Source: Chloroflexota bacterium
GTDB taxonomy: Bacteria; Chloroflexota; Anaerolineae; B4-G1
Assembly (NCBI GenBank): GCA_034189605.1
Contig: JAXHUO010000015.1
Span: 8,321 to 72,320 of the forward strand
Length of the DNA stretch: 64,000 nt
Reading direction: 5' to 3'
Part shown: piece after piece, positions 63,701 through 64,000 of the stretch
How the letters are laid out: each line of letters opens with the position of its first letter
Position numbering within the stretch: position 1 is the stretch's first letter
Position numbers and translations under genes: made by a program
Notes under the pieces: model-generated
What the model was told of the DNA's origin: nothing
The model's input: the letters and a program-made list of their open reading frames with translations, nothing else
The model's database searches: none

Positions 63701-63858
63701 TGACGGGGGCTTTGAGCGTTTTTATCGGCCTCGCGGGCAGCATGGCCGCGCTGTTGGCGCACGGTCTGGTGGACAATACACTGTTCTTCCCCGACCTGGC
63801 GCTGATCTTTTTCTTGACGTTGGCGCTGCTTGCAGAGGAGCGAGGGGCTGGGGGCTAG
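60724..63858 (+). CDS. fusion protein: N-terminal glycoside-hydrolase-like TIM-barrel domain, central beta-rich domain, C-terminal O-antigen ligase (Wzy_C)-like polytopic domain
   Basis: 1044 aa. Signal anchor, VWDEPNL (NEP-type acid/base motif), then about 12 TM segments with FSRGALLLALP and EHPHNVYLDHWTRLGLLGLLAG Wzy_C-like motifs. Confidence 0.7.
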   Translation: MSRRRGSQHVLRLFLWLALLLAVGLVAQAVVVTRQTRTRGVPSGFPAPVAGADVPILGVNVALEQYDDEEGEELEAALARIAEGGFVWVRQSFYRSQIEPEPGRFDWTVPDRVIAALARQPRLRLVAVLDDSPPIPPADPDRFAAFAGAFAARYGAQVDYYQVWDEPNLAAHWGGGPVNPPAYADLLARTAHAVRAADSDARILLAGLAPTVETGPQNLSDVRYLEQLYQAGAAPYFDVVSGKPYGFDTGPDDRRAPEDGTVLNFSRLLLLREVMVEQGDAGKAIWASHWGWNALPPGWTGAPSLWGQTGETTQAARTIAALERTRAEWPWVGALILEHFQPDAGPDDPRWGFALVGQDDAPRPVYDAVAAWATALPDGAPVGGYPALNPWATYEGDWRAGPLGADVGRSTALTAGSGGDRAIFRFAGSAVALMVRRGPYRAFLYVTVDGRPANALPRDDTGRAYVVLYDDIPTVATVPLATGLSPGPHTVEVLAEGGQGQWALVDWRVGSEPVADNFGWWMTGLAAAGLVLAALLIRDARRVEWRTLARIFLGWPEWAQVALLAGLTGVLWASAWVSWGHDLSLASCLPFPVFCLFLSLLVLPALAMLFALRPDLGLALVVFTAPFYLHPGVMLHRALSLPEVLVVLCTLGIAGLRIYASPNLRISPIDWAVLLLVLAAVVAGLAAADWRAAIFELRTVFLLPALYYGLLRLARLPERARWRVLDGWVLGAVGVALIGLVQYALGSNVSIAEGGLPRLQSVYYSPNNVGLYLERVWPLLVAVALWGGNLSPGRRGETYRRTLYGLALAVVTLALVLSFSRGALLLALPAALLVMVWRAGTWSRSPRPYRWAALALVVVGVLALIPLLRVPRFASMFDLQQGSTFFRLELWHSSLTLVREHPWFGVGPGNFLDAYRTRYVLPTAWEEFNLEHPHNVYLDHWTRLGLLGLLAGVAVQVSFWRTIFHRSQPSSPRASSGRPLHQRRLLAAWGAPVTGALSVFIGLAGSMAALLAHGLVDNTLFFPDLALIFFLTLALLAEERGAGG
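62688..62735. repeat. 16-nt period tandem repeat x3 (TCTCCGAATYTACGSA-type, 48 nt), in-frame
   Basis: tctccgaatttacgca tctccgaatctacgga tttctccgattgactg. The tract encodes (G)LRIYASPNLRISPIDW. Confidence 0.7.
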
Positions 63859-63878
63859 GGGCCAGGAGCCAGGAGCGA
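63844..63878. repeat. heptanucleotide tandem repeat, GGRGCYR x5, straddling the stop codon
   Basis: Units are ggggctg ggggcta ggggcca ggagcca ggagcga. The TAG stop at 63856-63858 lies inside unit 2/3. Confidence 0.8.
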
Positions 63879-63907
63879 GTGTCTGTTTGATGCCCAATCC
63901 GTTGTTG

Positions 63908-64000
63908 TCAAAGATAGGGCTGCAACAGGCTCAAAATCTTGGTCAGTGGCGCGATGTCGTCCTCGTCGAATTGGGCCGGCTTGTGTGAGTCGATGTCCAG
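63908..64000 (-). CDS. C-terminal fragment of a GAF-domain protein, possibly free methionine-(R)-sulfoxide reductase
   Basis: The minus-strand frame is open to the window edge and encodes LDIDSHKPAQFDEDDIAPLTKILSLLQPYL-stop. The LDIDS...FDEDD pattern resembles the fRMsr/GAF C-terminus, from memory. Confidence 0.45.
   Translation of the reverse strand: MDIDSHKPAQFDEDDIAPLTKILSLLQPYL

Noticed and set aside
10627-63878. The possibility that the short tandem repeats are a CRISPR array or minisatellite locus.
   Set aside because: The units are 7 nt (one is 16 nt), directly abutting with no spacers. Each tract is at most 63 nt, and they are scattered over many loci. No cas genes are present.
1-64000. 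Search for mobile elements, prophage genes, integrases or defence islands.
   Set aside because: No transposase, integrase, recombinase, phage structural gene, restriction-modification system or cas-like ORF was recognisable. The only mobile-type signatures are the two decayed relics (MNT-HEPN and GNAT).

Overview
GC-rich (about 60%) bacterial chromosomal segment. Gene content and synteny suggest a Chloroflexota-like organism, but this is inference only and no search was possible. I support about 50 protein genes, mostly housekeeping.

Gene content, in window order:
- 1-12.7 kb: a cell-envelope glycan cluster with several GT-C-like membrane proteins, a GT4, an extended-SDR epimerase/dehydratase, a WecA/MraY-type transferase, a nucleotide-sugar dehydrogenase and an O-antigen-ligase/TPR giant protein.
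- A T-box leader, then valS.
- A transcarboxylase-type operon (12S, cupin, 5S, 1.3S biotin carrier) translationally coupled to psd, pssA and an acyltransferase-like gene.
- A livFGMHK-type ABC importer on the minus strand.
- Two tandem HdrA-like flavoproteins.
- FhaA/FhaB-like FHA proteins, an SDR, a GT-C-like protein, mtnP and a SEDS-classB-PBP fusion.
- An MFS transporter, leuCD and an esterase.
- A REC-PAS-GAF histidine kinase with a NarL-type regulator, and a TPR lytic transglycosylase.
- An Rrf2 regulator, NifS/IscS and NifU/IscU, a HEAT protein and a ThiF-like E1.
- A GT39-like protein, a CrtI-like oxidoreductase, a nucleotidyltransferase, a MazG-like/YjjX fusion, a GH5 and a GH-like/O-antigen-ligase fusion.

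I found no rRNA, tRNA, CRISPR, transposase or integrase.

Main second-look items:
1. A dispersed family of 7-nt-period tandem repeats. Many sit in-frame inside conserved genes. By my phasing, coding copies are 42 or 63 nt and non-coding copies are 28-35 nt, plus one 63-nt spacer copy.
2. A HEAT-repeat protein ending in LRGGG, translationally coupled to an E1-like adenylyltransferase next to a cysteine desulfurase.
3. A SEDS polymerase fused to a PBP domain in which all three transpeptidase motifs are substituted.
4. Two HdrA paralogs with complementary domain loss.
5. Consensus promoters positioned for leaderless mRNAs.
6. Two internally deleted gene relics (MNT-HEPN and GNAT).
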